Part shown: positions 24,234 to 35,823 of the stretch, piece by piece | How positions within the stretch are numbered: position 1 is the stretch's first letter | Layout of the letters: the number at the start of each line of letters is the position of its first letter | DNA from: Azolla caroliniana | Taxonomy: Eukaryota > Plantae > Polypodiophyta | Assembly (NCBI GenBank): GCA_043228905.1 | Contig: JBHGNT010000006.1 | Coordinates: forward strand, 15,004,001 to 15,068,000 | Direction of reading: 5' to 3' | Length of the DNA: 64,000 nucleotides | The notes under the pieces: model-generated | Seen by the model: only the letters and a program-made list of their open reading frames with translations | Databases searched by the model: none | What the model was told of the DNA's origin: nothing | Program-made: the position numbers and the translations under genes

Positions 24234-25733
24234 TGTTGAGATACAAGCTCAACATTGGCTGCATCGGTGTGGAAATTGGGAAGCTATTGAACAGATATTC
24301 CGCGAGGGAATATATTTGGTAGTTAGTGTAGGAGCTCATTTATGAGCATTGAAGTACGTGTTAGTACTTCTGTCAGTCTGTATGGACTTGTATAAAAGTG
24401 CTCCTTGAGCACATCCTATGTACAAAGTTTTTACACATTATTTTGAATTCAATTTCTTTTGTGTGTTATTTTTCCTGCTCTGTCTCTCCCACGTGCATCG
24501 TGCCTTGAGCTCTCCATTAAACCTGTTGTTTCCTCCTGTTGGTATTTTGTGTGTCATATAGCTTCCGTATGTTACGTTTTACGTGGTATCCGAGCGCGAG
24601 GGTTGAGAAGCTTTGAGGCCAACTTTAGCTCGAAACACACACAAAAAAAACTAATCTCATTGAAGAACAAAAAGGAAAAAAATGGATAGAGGTATGGCTA
24701 GTTCGCTTCCAACAGAGAAGCTCGACAAAAGTAACTATGCATCTTGGTCGTACAAGATGCACTAGTACCTGCTCAGATATGGATATTGGAGCTATGTAGA
24801 TGAAGCGAATAATGTAGCACTCGAATCGACACACAGAGACTTCCCAGCTTGGGAACAATCAACGAGCAGAGTTCTCTACTACTTTGCGTCCTGTGTGAGC
24901 AAATAGCTCTTGAGCTACATTCAAGATGCAAGAACGCCGAAGGATGCTTGGGGAAATCTGAAAAAGATTTTCGCCACAAGCACCACAACCAGGAAACTCC
25001 AAAGTCCGACAGGAGTTGAGCAATGTGCGTCAACGCGACATGATGGTGGTTGACTACACCTCCAAGATAAAGGATATCTGCGATTCCCTCGCCTCCATCA
25101 ATGTGAATGTTGAGGAGGGCGAAATGGTGCAGATCTGCCTTTGAGGATTGGCGTCGATGTTCGGTGCATTCCGAGCTGCTATTTGAACAAGGGAGAATTC
25201 GTCGTTGTTTTTTGACTTGTAGTCGATGCTCCTTGTAGAGGAGAATCATGCGGGTGCGTCGACGAGTACGCACACCGACAACAAGATGTTGTACACAGAG
25301 GGAGATAGGCCTCGTGGTCGTGGTGGACGAGGTGAGTCGGCGTGCAATGGAGGCAGCCGACAGGAGCAAGGAAGAAGGCATCGTGGTGATGCCAACAGCA
25401 ATTCCGAACCCTCCGCAAGCAGGGGGAGTCAAGGAGGCGACAAGAACTGGCAAGGGAAACACGCCGCAGAATGCTGGTATTGTGGCAAGAAAGGCCACAA
25501 GGAGAGCGATTACTAGAAGAAGTGCACCGATTTAGAGAAAACCGGATCTGGATCCGGACCGACCAAACAAGGAACTTGGCGGCGGACACACTACACCGAA
25601 GGATCCGAAAATGTCGGAAAGGGGGCAGCCTTTGTGAGAAGACACGAAGCGAACTCGATAAAGAAGACCACCCCGAGATCGGACGAAGTGTGGTACGTTG
25701 ATTCCAGAGCATCAAACCATATGATGAACCATA

Positions 25734-28700
25734 TGTAAGGAATAGACCCTTCTATTCACCTTCTTCACTCGGCCACAACCGAGTAAGCGCGAATCGATTG
25801 AGCAGAAAATAGGAACCACATGGAGAACCAAAACGCGAGTACACAGGGATTAACGTGGAAAACCCTAGACGGGAAAAACCACGGGAGTACAAGACTCCAA
25901 ACCAACACTATACAGAGAAGTATACAATGGCGAGCTGCAAGGCGACGACCTTGAGCTCGCTGTCCTCGCCACAGGCGGCGGAAATACACAGAGGCGTCTA
26001 CCTCTTCCTCTCTCACGCTCTATCTCTCTCTCTCTCTCTCTCACGGCTGCTTACGCTTCACTCCTCTTGAGTGGAAAAACAGAAAAATGAGAAGCAACAA
26101 TAAAACTGTTTGCCCTAAGTCATATTTATACTTATATGACTTTGGGCTATTTACAACTATAGCCTCAGGGGGCCCATAGCGAACATATTCACGGATATGT
26201 CCCTGCATCCGGATCGCTCTCCGGGTACATCCGTCATCCGGCACCGAAGCCGGGGTCTTCGTCATCCGGATCCGAAACCGAAACCGGGCTCGTCGGCATT
26301 GACATCCGACCATCCCATCAGAAGGGACCGTAATTCCAACAAACTCCCCCTTCACTTCGGCATGGGATGTCTTTCCAATCCGATCCTCTTCCGGCATGCT
26401 TCCAGCTTGTCGGGTGTGAGGACCTTGGTAAGCATATCCGACCCGTTCTCGTCCGTGAGGATCTTCGTCAGCACGAACTCCTTGTCTTCTATCCTTTCCC
26501 GGATCCAGTGATATCTTCGCTGGATGTGCTTTGTCCGGGAGTGATAGGCCGCGTTCTTTGCAAGGTGGATCGCACTCTGACTATCGCAATAGAGTCGGTA
26601 CTCCTCCTGTCGGATACCGAGCTCTCCAATGAAGTCCTTCATCCATATTATTTCCTTGCCGGCTTCAACAGCCGCCATGTACTCCGCCTCCGTGGTTGAC
26701 AACGCAACCGTCTTCTGCAGCCTCGACTGCCATGAAACAGCTCCCCCTGCATACGTCATCACATACCCTGATGTGGACCGGCTGGTATCTGCATCAGCCG
26801 ACATATCCGAATCGGTAAAGCCGTCGAGTTCGGGCTTTCCGGAGCCGAATCGGAGGCACACGTTTGCCGTGCCCTTCAGGTATCGGAGTATCCACTTGGC
26901 CGCGTTCCAATGCTCTTTGTCGGGATTGCTCATGTACCGGCTCACCACTCCGACTGCATATCCTATGTCCGGTCGGGTACACACCATCGCGTACATCAAG
27001 CTCCCGACGGCAGAGGCATATGGCACTTTCATCATATCCTCCTTTTCAGCCTTTGTCTTGGGACTTTGCTTGCTGGACAGCTTGCAGTTTGCCGGGAGGG
27101 TCGATCCGACCGGTCTTGCTTCCGACATGTTGAACCGGTGAAGCACCTTCGTCACGTACTTCTCCTGTGACAGCCACAACTGCTTCTTCTTCCGGTCCCG
27201 GATGATATGCATCCCTAGTATTTGTCTCGCCGGACCCAGGTCCTTCATTGAGAAGGTTCGGTGAAGAGCCTTCTTCAGCATCCGAATCTTGACCTGGTCC
27301 CGTCCGACGATCAACATGTCGTCCACGTACAGGAGGAGTATTAGAAAGTCTCCTCCTTCGAACTTCTTCACAAACACGCAGTGGTCGGACTGCGTTTTGA
27401 GGTACCCTTCGTCGGTCATGAAGGAGTCGAACTTCCGGTACCATTGCCGGGGAGCCTGCTTCAGTCCGTAAAGGCTCTTCTTCAACCGGCATACCAGGTG
27501 CTCCTTCCCTTTCTTCTCGAATCCTTCCGGTTGCTGCATGTAGATCTCTTCATCGAGGTCACCGTGAAGGAATGTCGTCTTCACGTCCATCTGTTCTACC
27601 TCGAGGTCCATGCTTGCCGCTATGCTCAGCACCGTCCGGATGGAGGTCATCTTCACTACCGGGGCAAATATCTCGTCGAAGTCGACGCCCTTCTTCTGCT
27701 GAAACCCCTTCACCACGATCCTGGCTTTGTATCTCGGGGGGTTTCTGGCATCTCCCGGTTTCAGCTTGAACACCCACTTGTTTCGAAGTGCCCGCTTTCC
27801 TTTCGGCAACTCCACAAGTTCATATGTGTGGTTCTCATGCAGGGAATCCATCTCGTCCTGCATGGCACTCAACCACCTGCGGCTCTGGGTGTCATGCTTT
27901 GCTTCTTCAAAGCTCTCCGGCTCCCCCTCGTCGGTTAGCAGCACGTGCTCTGGTTCCGGAAATCTCCGGGGGGCCCTTCTCTCTCTTAGAGGATATCTCC
28001 GTTCCGGAGCTTCGGTAGCCAGTTCTTCCGATTCTTCTTCATTCGAATCCGTTTCGGGATCGGGGCCGGTTCCGGTATCATTTTCATCTTCTTCGGCCGG
28101 TTCGGTTTCTTCACCGTCTTCGGCCGGATCCTCGAGTGCTAACCGGTCCCTTGCCGGTCGGGACTGCTCCTCGTAGAGTTGATCCTCACCGGTCGACTTG
28201 GAGCTCTTCATCTTCTTCTCCGACTCCCAGTCGGCGAGTGTCTTGTCCTCCATGAAGATGATGTCTCGACTCCTGAATATCTTCTTGTCGACCGGGTCCC
28301 ATACTCGGTAGCCGAACTCGTCGTCGCCGTAACCGAGGAATATGCATGGCCGGGTCTTCGGATCTAGCTTTCCTCTCCGTTCCTTTGCCACATGCACGTA
28401 TGCGAGACACCCGAACACCTTCAGATGCCGGTAGGACACTTCCTTACCGGTCCACACTTTCTGCGGCGTGTCTCCGTCCAAAGGTACTGAGGGTGATCTG
28501 TTTATCACGTATGTCGCCGTCGACATTGCCTCAGCCCAAAATCCCTTGGGTAATTTCGCATGCGCCAGCATACTCCGGACCCTCTCCATTATGGTCCGGT
28601 TCATCCTCTCGGCCAGCCCGTTCAGTTCCGGCGTCTTCGGCACAGTAAACTCGAGTCGGATTCCCTTCGAGCGACAGTACTCCTGGAACTGCCCCCGGTA

Positions 28701-31063
28701 TTCCCCTCCGTTATCCGCTCGTATCGCTTTCAGCTTCTTGCCGGATTCCCTTTCCGCTCTCGCGTGGAGTTCTTTGAAGACGCCCAACACTTGGTCCTTT
28801 GTCTTCAGCGGTGCCGTCCACAGCTTCCGGCTGTGATCATCAATGAATGTTACGAAGTACTGGGCTCCGCCATGTGACTTCGTTTCTACCTGACACACAT
28901 CAGTGTGCACCAACTCCAATGGTGCGCTACGTCTCGTCGGTGGCCTTGAGTGGAAGGAGGTTCGGTTCTGCTTACCGGCCAGGCAATCGGTGCACTTCTC
29001 TAGGTGCACATGCTTCACTGGGATAAGGTTGTCTTCTGCAAGCCTCTTCATCCCCTTCTCACTCATGTGGCACAGTCTCTTGTGCCACAGCTCACCGACA
29101 GTGTCGGCTGCCACATTCAGCTCTTCCGGACATAACCGGGCATTCATCAGGTACAGTGTGTTGTCTTTCCGGGCCCGAGCCACTATCAGGCTCCCCTTGT
29201 TGAACTTCATTACGCCGTTCCGGATGCTACCTGTGTAGCCTTCATCGTCTAGCCTCCCGGCCGAAATCAGGTTCAATCGAACCTCCGGAACGTGTCGGAC
29301 ATCCTTTAGCAGCATTTTGCATCCGGTCGGGGTTGTCAACCACACGTCTCCGATGCCGGCAATCCGGCACGTACCTTCATTTCCCATCCGAACACAGCCA
29401 TGCTCACCGGCTGTGTAGGATGAGAAGTATCTTCTCTCCGGGGTCAGGTGGAACGATGCTCCGGAATCGACCACCCAGGTCGTCTCATCGCCGGCAACGT
29501 TTAGCTCACCTTCTTCAGTGATGAGCATGATTTCTTCCTCACTTGCCGCGAGTGCCGTTGTTCCTTTCCGGTCCTGCCCTCGCCGATCCGAACCTCTCCG
29601 GTCCGTGGCTCCCCGGTATGCACTGTTTCTCTCCGGTGACTTCTTCGAATCGGTGTCGTCGGCTCCGTTGTCTTTTCGGTAATGCCGACAATTCTTTCGG
29701 AAGTGCCCCGGCTTCCCACAGTGGAAGCATGTAGGCCTTCCTCTTGACTGCGACCGGGTCCCCGACTTCTCCCGTCTTTGCGGACTCCGGTTCCATTGTC
29801 TTCCCCGATCCGATTCGGTAAGCAGCGCCTTCGTGTCGGAGGCCGGTTCTTTATCTCTCCGACGCGCTTCTTCGTTCAAAATACTTGTCTTTACCGTTTG
29901 TAAGGACAAGTTATCTTCGGTGCAGGAGGTGCTGAGAGTCACCACCAAGTTCTCCCAGCTGTCCGGCAATGTACACATCAGGATGATGGCTTGCATTGCA
30001 TCCTCCAACGGGAACTTGATCGCCGCAAGCTGGTTTACGAATCCCATGAACGTGCTTACGTGTTCCACCATACTCTCGTCGTCCCGGTACTTGAGATTCA
30101 CTATCTTCCTCATCAGGGAGGTCCGGTTCAACGCATTCTTCCTCTCATAGAGGCCCGACAGCTTCTTCCACATCTCGTATGCGTTGGTGTCGTTCGCCAC
30201 ATGTTGTAGGACGCTTACATCGACATATTGTCGGATCGTCGCTACGGCTTTCTGGTTCAGGAGCTTCCACTCCGACTCAAGTACCCCTTTCGGTATTTCC
30301 GACCTGTCAATTGGTTCGTACAGGTCCCGAACAATCAGAAGATCCTCCATCTTGATCTTCCAGTCGGCGTAATTTTGTGCATTCAGCACCATCATCCCCG
30401 GCTGCCCGCTGCCGCCGCCTTCCATTTTCTGCAGCAGTTCGCTCTGATACCAGATTGTAAGGAATAGACCCTTCTATTCACCTTCTTCACTCGGCCACAA
30501 CCGAGTAAGCGCGAATCGATTGAGCAGAAAATAGGAACCACACGGAGAACCAAAACGCGAGTACACAGGGATTAACGTGGAAAACCCTAGACGGGAAAAA
30601 CCACGGGAGTACAAGACTCCAAACCAACACTATACAGAGAAGTATACAATGGCGAGCTGCAAGGCGACGACCTTGAGCTCGCTGTCCTCGCCACAGGCGG
30701 CGGAAATACACAGAGGCGTCTACCTCTTCCTCTCTCACGCTCTATCTCTCTCTCTCTCTCTCTCACGGCTGCTTACGCTTCACTCCTCTTGAGTGGAAAA
30801 ACAGAAAAATGAGAAGCAACAATAAAACTGTTTGCCCTAAGTCATATTTATACTTATATGACTTTGGGCTATTTACAACTATAGCCTCAGGGGGCCCATA
30901 GCGAACATATTCACGGATATGTCCCTGCATCCGGATCGCTCTCCGGGTACATCCGTCATCCGGCACCGAAGCCGGGGTCTTCGTCATCCGGATCCGAAAC
31001 CGAAACCGGGCTCGGCGGCATTGACATCCGACCATCCCATCAGAAGGGACCGTAATTCCAACA
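25734..31063 (-). mobile_element. Intact young Ty1/Copia element (Tork/Tnt1-like), 5330 bp
   Basis: 608-bp LTRs (25734-26341, 30456-31063) with only 2 differences seen. TSD CCATA on both sides, iMet PBS at 30441-30452, PPT at 26342-26352, and a single uninterrupted ORF. Confidence 0.98.
26352..30425 (-). CDS. Copia Gag-Pol polyprotein (1357 aa)
   Basis: Zinc knuckle CFHCGKPGHFRKNC, protease VVDSGAS, integrase (LWHKRLCH..CTDC, HTDVC, RADNGGEY, NGLAER), RT (QMDVKT, LYVDD) and RNase H (FTDSD, TEAEY, CDSQSA, RTKHI). Confidence 0.97.
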   Translation of the reverse strand: MEGGGSGQPGMMVLNAQNYADWKIKMEDLLIVRDLYEPIDRSEIPKGVLESEWKLLNQKAVATIRQYVDVSVLQHVANDTNAYEMWKKLSGLYERKNALNRTSLMRKIVNLKYRDDESMVEHVSTFMGFVNQLAAIKFPLEDAMQAIILMCTLPDSWENLVVTLSTSCTEDNLSLQTVKTSILNEEARRRDKEPASDTKALLTESDRGRQWNRSPQRREKSGTRSQSRGRPTCFHCGKPGHFRKNCRHYRKDNGADDTDSKKSPERNSAYRGATDRRGSDRRGQDRKGTTALAASEEEIMLITEEGELNVAGDETTWVVDSGASFHLTPERRYFSSYTAGEHGCVRMGNEGTCRIAGIGDVWLTTPTGCKMLLKDVRHVPEVRLNLISAGRLDDEGYTGSIRNGVMKFNKGSLIVARARKDNTLYLMNARLCPEELNVAADTVGELWHKRLCHMSEKGMKRLAEDNLIPVKHVHLEKCTDCLAGKQNRTSFHSRPPTRRSAPLELVHTDVCQVETKSHGGAQYFVTFIDDHSRKLWTAPLKTKDQVLGVFKELHARAERESGKKLKAIRADNGGEYRGQFQEYCRSKGIRLEFTVPKTPELNGLAERMNRTIMERVRSMLAHAKLPKGFWAEAMSTATYVINRSPSVPLDGDTPQKVWTGKEVSYRHLKVFGCLAYVHVAKERRGKLDPKTRPCIFLGYGDDEFGYRVWDPVDKKIFRSRDIIFMEDKTLADWESEKKMKSSKSTGEDQLYEEQSRPARDRLALEDPAEDGEETEPAEEDENDTGTGPDPETDSNEEESEELATEAPERRYPLRERRAPRRFPEPEHVLLTDEGEPESFEEAKHDTQSRRWLSAMQDEMDSLHENHTYELVELPKGKRALRNKWVFKLKPGDARNPPRYKARIVVKGFQQKKGVDFDEIFAPVVKMTSIRTVLSIAASMDLEVEQMDVKTTFLHGDLDEEIYMQQPEGFEKKGKEHLVCRLKKSLYGLKQAPRQWYRKFDSFMTDEGYLKTQSDHCVFVKKFEGGDFLILLLYVDDMLIVGRDQVKIRMLKKALHRTFSMKDLGPARQILGMHIIRDRKKKQLWLSQEKYVTKVLHRFNMSEARPVGSTLPANCKLSSKQSPKTKAEKEDMMKVPYASAVGSLMYAMVCTRPDIGYAVGVVSRYMSNPDKEHWNAAKWILRYLKGTANVCLRFGSGKPELDGFTDSDMSADADTSRSTSGYVMTYAGGAVSWQSRLQKTVALSTTEAEYMAAVEAGKEIIWMKDFIGELGIRQEEYRLYCDSQSAIHLAKNAAYHSRTKHIQRRYHWIRERIEDKEFVLTKILTDENGSDMLTKVLTPDKLEACRKRIGLERHPMPK

Positions 31064-32792
31064 CCATAAAGAGTAGTTCTCATATCTGGAAAAACCGGAA
31101 CAACCGGGAGTAGTCACAACAGGAGACGGCACTACATGTGGGTGAAGTTCCCCTCAACCACGTCAGGCAAAAAGGGAAGCTAATGAATGTGTTACACATC
31201 CCGACAATTACGAAGAATCTGGTGTCAGTCGAATAGATCGTCAACTAGGGGATGCAAGTCCGGTTCACGCATCTCGGATGCTTCATCGAGGAAGAAGGCC
31301 AAGTTATTGCGCAAGGGTGTAGAGATGGGAGGATGTTCATCCTCGACACCAATGATGTAGGCACCACCATGTTCGCGAAAGGGAAAAAAGTTGAGTCAGA
31401 TATCAACTTGTGCCATAAGCGGATAGGCCACGTCAACTACCAAAGGCTTCAGGACCTGCAATCAAAACAAGTTGTGTTCGAATTGCTGAAATTCAATGGT
31501 TAAAAGGCCCAAATTTGTGAAGCCTACCAGCTAGGGAAGCAACACTGACTTCCTTTCCCCAATGAGTGTAATCAGAGCCGAAATAAGCTTGACTTGATAC
31601 ATTCAGATGTATGGGGACCGGCACAGAACGTGAGTCTTGGCGGGAGTCGATATTTCGTCTCCTTCATCGACGACTACACCCGTCACACATGGATCCACCT
31701 CTTTGAAAAGAAGAGTGAAGTCTTTAACTGTTTCCGGAACCTCAAAAATCTTGTCGAAAGGGAAACAGGGAGGAAGATCCCTCAAGAAGAAAAGGAAAGA
31801 AGAAGAAGCTCGCATAAGTCGCGATATTGTGTTTGATGAGTCCGTGTCTTGGTATTTACCTCTAATTCCGGACCCCAACTCCAATTCGAGTTCGGAAGAT
31901 GAGGTCATCGAGGTTGAGATGCCTCCTGATGAACAAAAAGTCCAAACTCTTGAAGAGAGTCTGATCTCATTTCGGCTAAGTGGAACGAATGAGCAACTTA
32001 GTCGGTTTGACCAGTCAGATGAAGAGCCGACAAGAAGTGGAGACTCGGTCGTGCATTCCCCGCGCAGGAAGCCGAAGAAATGGCTTACGTGCAAAGAAAA
32101 GGAAAGAAGAAGATGCTAGAGTACGGTGTCGTGAAGGATTTGCTTCACGATATAAAAATAAACTTGAATATTGTATTAAGTAACATTTGAGAGACTTGAA
32201 CCCATAACCTCACACACCAAGGACGAAGCATATACCATTAGGATAAGTTATTTTCTATAGTTATATTTTTATCATACTTATGACATGTTTCTTCATACAT
32301 TAGAGCTTAGTTGAGCATGATAGCTATCATGCATCACATGTAAAGCATGTGCGCCAAATGGCGATCATGCATCACATGCATCACATGCATTATATGCATG
32401 CCATGCACCCCCATATCATCATATGCATGAGAGAACCTATAAAGAGAGGCAAGGAATTAAGGGATGAAGAGGGGGGAAAATAGGGTAAGGAATCAAGAGA
32501 GAGTAAAAAAAATAATACAATCAATTGAAGAAGACTAGCTCATTGGGTGGAGAATCTCTCGTTTCGAAGTTGAGGTCGAGGGTTCAAATCAAGGGTCGGC
32601 ATTGAAAAGATTCATCTTGCGATCAAGGATTGTAAAGTTGGTAAAATATTATATTTTTAATATACATCATGTTTATATCATATACTCTTGTTCTTTGAAT
32701 CATACTTTGTCTCAATCTTCTTTCTAGAATCATACTTTGTCTCAATCTTCTTTCTTGAATCATACATTGTCTCTATCTTTTATCTATGCTCG

Positions 32793-32844
<52 letters not shown>

Positions 32845-32983
32845 TACTTGTAACTCTTCATCTTACTATCCTTAACCATTCTATCATCACCATACAAGCC
32901 TTATTAAACTTAAGTTTCTTCAACTCCCCTTAACCTTAGTCCCCGCGACTTCGCCGCACGAACCACAACTACCCCGACACATT

Positions 32984-33001
32984 TGGTGAACCCGACGTGA
33001 A
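32984..33001 (+). promoter_or_regulatory. Primer-binding site, tRNA-Trp
   Basis: TGGTGAACCCGACGTGAA is the reverse complement of the 3' end of plant cytosolic tRNA-Trp (..TTCACGTCGGGTTCACCA). Confidence 0.85.
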
Positions 33002-33018
33002 GGCGACGAGGAGGAGAA

Positions 33019-35067
33019 ATGGAGGAGCAAATGAGGCTTATGTGTACGATGATGGAACGAGTGATGCGGGAACAAGGGATGATGGCAAGCATCGACAAAG
33101 CCGTCGACAATATTCTCGCACGAGTAGGAATCTTCGAAGGTATAAATTTAACAAGATTTCTGAAGATTTATAATGAAGAAATGCTTAAACGTGGTGTCGA
33201 CGAAGCTGCAAAAATTAATAGCTTTAGTCGAGTCACTGCGATTGGGCTACAAGAAAGGATCCAGGAGCTACAGAGGGAACATCAGACATGGGTGACTTTC
33301 GAAAGAGCATTGCTAAATGAATACAACCTCAACGATATGTCAAGGATGACAAGGCGAGCCTTCATGGATTGGGTAGAGTCTAATAAACATTTAAGTGTTT
33401 TGGAAGTATTAAAAGAGTTTTCTGAAAGATTTGAGCAACTAAATGTTAGAGATAGAAATATAATAGTGCCAGATAAAGTCATATTGTTTCTACAAGCTAC
33501 TAATATTAAAGACAGGAAGGACTTGGGAATGCTTTTAGAATATCAGAATAGTCCAAGTGGACTTACCGAAGACTGGGAGGAGGTGAAAAGGGTGTGCGCC
33601 CATTTCTGCAAAAGAAAGTTATGGTTTATGGAGTTGCCTGACAGAAATGATGAAGAAATGGGGAATGAGTCGGGAGAAAAGAAAGTAGAAGAATCACTCT
33701 TACACGAATTGGTGAAAGGCATGAAAGACTTGTCGATCAAAGTGACGAAGCTAGAATTGGGACAAAGCTCGACTTCATCAAGGCAGGGAGGTAGAATGGT
33801 CCAAAGGTGTATGTGGTGTGATAGTATCGACCACCAGAAGCAAGATTGTCAAGAGCATAGGGATGCTCTTAATCATAATAAAATCTATTATCAAGATGGC
33901 AAGATTCACTCGACAGAGACTCGACAACCACTTCAACTCAACTTTGGGCGAGGAGGAATGAAAAAGCTAATGGAAGATGCTGAGAGAGAAACGACTCAAG
34001 CGATACAATCCGTGGCAACCTTAGGATTGCGTGTAGAAGACTCATATGGTGGATCTGGCTTTTGGCAAGATGTGATGGATTATGCAAGAAAAGGGAAGGT
34101 TCGAGTGGATGAATTAAAAAGAGTGGGAGATGAAATACGAAACTTCACTGGATGGAATGATCCAGTAGACGCGCTATCAGCATTCGCCCAAGTGAATGCA
34201 CAAGATGTACTAGTGGAAAAGAAGCAAAAGAGAGCTAAGGAGGATGATCCGGCAATGAAACACGAGACACAAAAACAACTTCAGAGAAGAGAGATGGAAA
34301 AGATTGCTCATGAGTCGAAAGAAGCTGATAAAGTAAAAGGGAAGACAAACCCAACTTTTAAGCTTGCTTCGGACACAGAAGTCACGACGGATATAAAACA
34401 TGTCATGGAAGAAGTTACGAGAGAATGTGCAGCAATAAGTCTCCAAGATTTGGATCATGAATCCATCAATATTGCAGGTGTAAAGAAGATAAATGATGTT
34501 GGGATTCATGAAGGGGATAGGAGTCATTATACAAAGAACCATTGGACTCAAGCAACAACAGAGGCGCCTACAAAAATTGCGGAGCAACAAATTCCTTATA
34601 TTTCTTTGATAGATCATGGATCAAAAATTAACATGATGTCTTCGGAATGTTATGCTCAAGGAAGGTGGCCAATAGATAATAATCATGGGTCGAAGAAAAT
34701 AGTTGCAACAAAGATGACGGAGGATCTATTCGGAGCATGTCCTAGTGTGAAAGTAACAATGGGAGATGTTTCGGTGGATGAAAATTACTATGTGCAAGAT
34801 GGATCAACCTACCCTGTCATCCTTGGTCAACCATACATCAGCGTAGTGAGTATGGAAACAAAGGATGGTGAACCATACATCAATGTAGTAAGGATGGAAA
34901 CAACTGTGATTAATGATGATTCAACTTTCGCGAGGATCAAGAGTCAGGATGGAAGGAAGAGGGACCATATCTTAACCATGACGCCTAACCATGAAAGAAA
35001 CAAAGAATGCTTGAGGGGACATCCAGTTCAGAAACGGAATGAAGAGTTTTTCCAAGACTTTGGATGA
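33019..35067 (+). CDS. Gag-protease polyprotein (682 aa)
   Basis: Uninterrupted ORF from just after the PBS to just before the PPT. It contains the CCHC knuckle CMWCDSIDHQKQDC and a retropepsin-like LIDHGSKINMM..VILGQPY. Confidence 0.88.
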   Translation: MEEQMRLMCTMMERVMREQGMMASIDKAVDNILARVGIFEGINLTRFLKIYNEEMLKRGVDEAAKINSFSRVTAIGLQERIQELQREHQTWVTFERALLNEYNLNDMSRMTRRAFMDWVESNKHLSVLEVLKEFSERFEQLNVRDRNIIVPDKVILFLQATNIKDRKDLGMLLEYQNSPSGLTEDWEEVKRVCAHFCKRKLWFMELPDRNDEEMGNESGEKKVEESLLHELVKGMKDLSIKVTKLELGQSSTSSRQGGRMVQRCMWCDSIDHQKQDCQEHRDALNHNKIYYQDGKIHSTETRQPLQLNFGRGGMKKLMEDAERETTQAIQSVATLGLRVEDSYGGSGFWQDVMDYARKGKVRVDELKRVGDEIRNFTGWNDPVDALSAFAQVNAQDVLVEKKQKRAKEDDPAMKHETQKQLQRREMEKIAHESKEADKVKGKTNPTFKLASDTEVTTDIKHVMEEVTRECAAISLQDLDHESINIAGVKKINDVGIHEGDRSHYTKNHWTQATTEAPTKIAEQQIPYISLIDHGSKINMMSSECYAQGRWPIDNNHGSKKIVATKMTEDLFGACPSVKVTMGDVSVDENYYVQDGSTYPVILGQPYISVVSMETKDGEPYINVVRMETTVINDDSTFARIKSQDGRKRDHILTMTPNHERNKECLRGHPVQKRNEEFFQDFG

Positions 35068-35771
35068 ACTTTGCACAACTAGTGTGCAAGTTCAGAGGGG
35101 GTGGGTGTCGTGAAGGATTTGCTTCACGATATAAAAATAAACTTGAATATTGTATTAAGTAACATTTGAGAGACTTGAACCCATAACCTCACACACCAAG
35201 GACGAAGCATATACCATTAGGATAAGTTATTTTCTATAGTTATATTTTTATCATACTTATGACATGTTTCTTCATACATTAGAGCTTAGTTGAGCATGAT
35301 GGCTATCATGCATCACATGTAAAGCATGTGCGCCAAATGGCGATCATGCATCACATGCATCACATGCATTATATGCATGCCATGCACCCCCATATCATCA
35401 TATGCATGAGAGAACCTATAAAGAGAGGCAAGGAATTAAGGGATGAAGAGGGGGGGAAATAGGGTAAGGAATCAAGAGAGAGTAAAAAAAATAATACAAT
35501 CAATTGAAGAAGACTAGCTCATTGGGTGGAGAATCTCTCGTTTCGAAGTTGAGGTCGAGGGTTCAAATCAAGGGTCGGCATTGAAAAGATTCATCTTGCG
35601 ATCAAGGATTGTAAAGTTGGTAAAATATTATATTTTTAATATACATCATGTTTATATCATATACTCTTGTTCTTTGAATCATACTTTGTCTCAATCTTCT
35701 TTCTAGAATCATACTTTGTCTCAATCTTCTTTCTTGAATCATACATTGTCTCTATCTTTTATCTATGCTCG

Positions 35772-35823
<52 letters not shown>

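Noticed and set aside
32185-32602. Functional tRNA genes (also 17-86)
   Set aside because: Acceptor and anticodon stems pair poorly, so these are reported only as tRNA-like modules.
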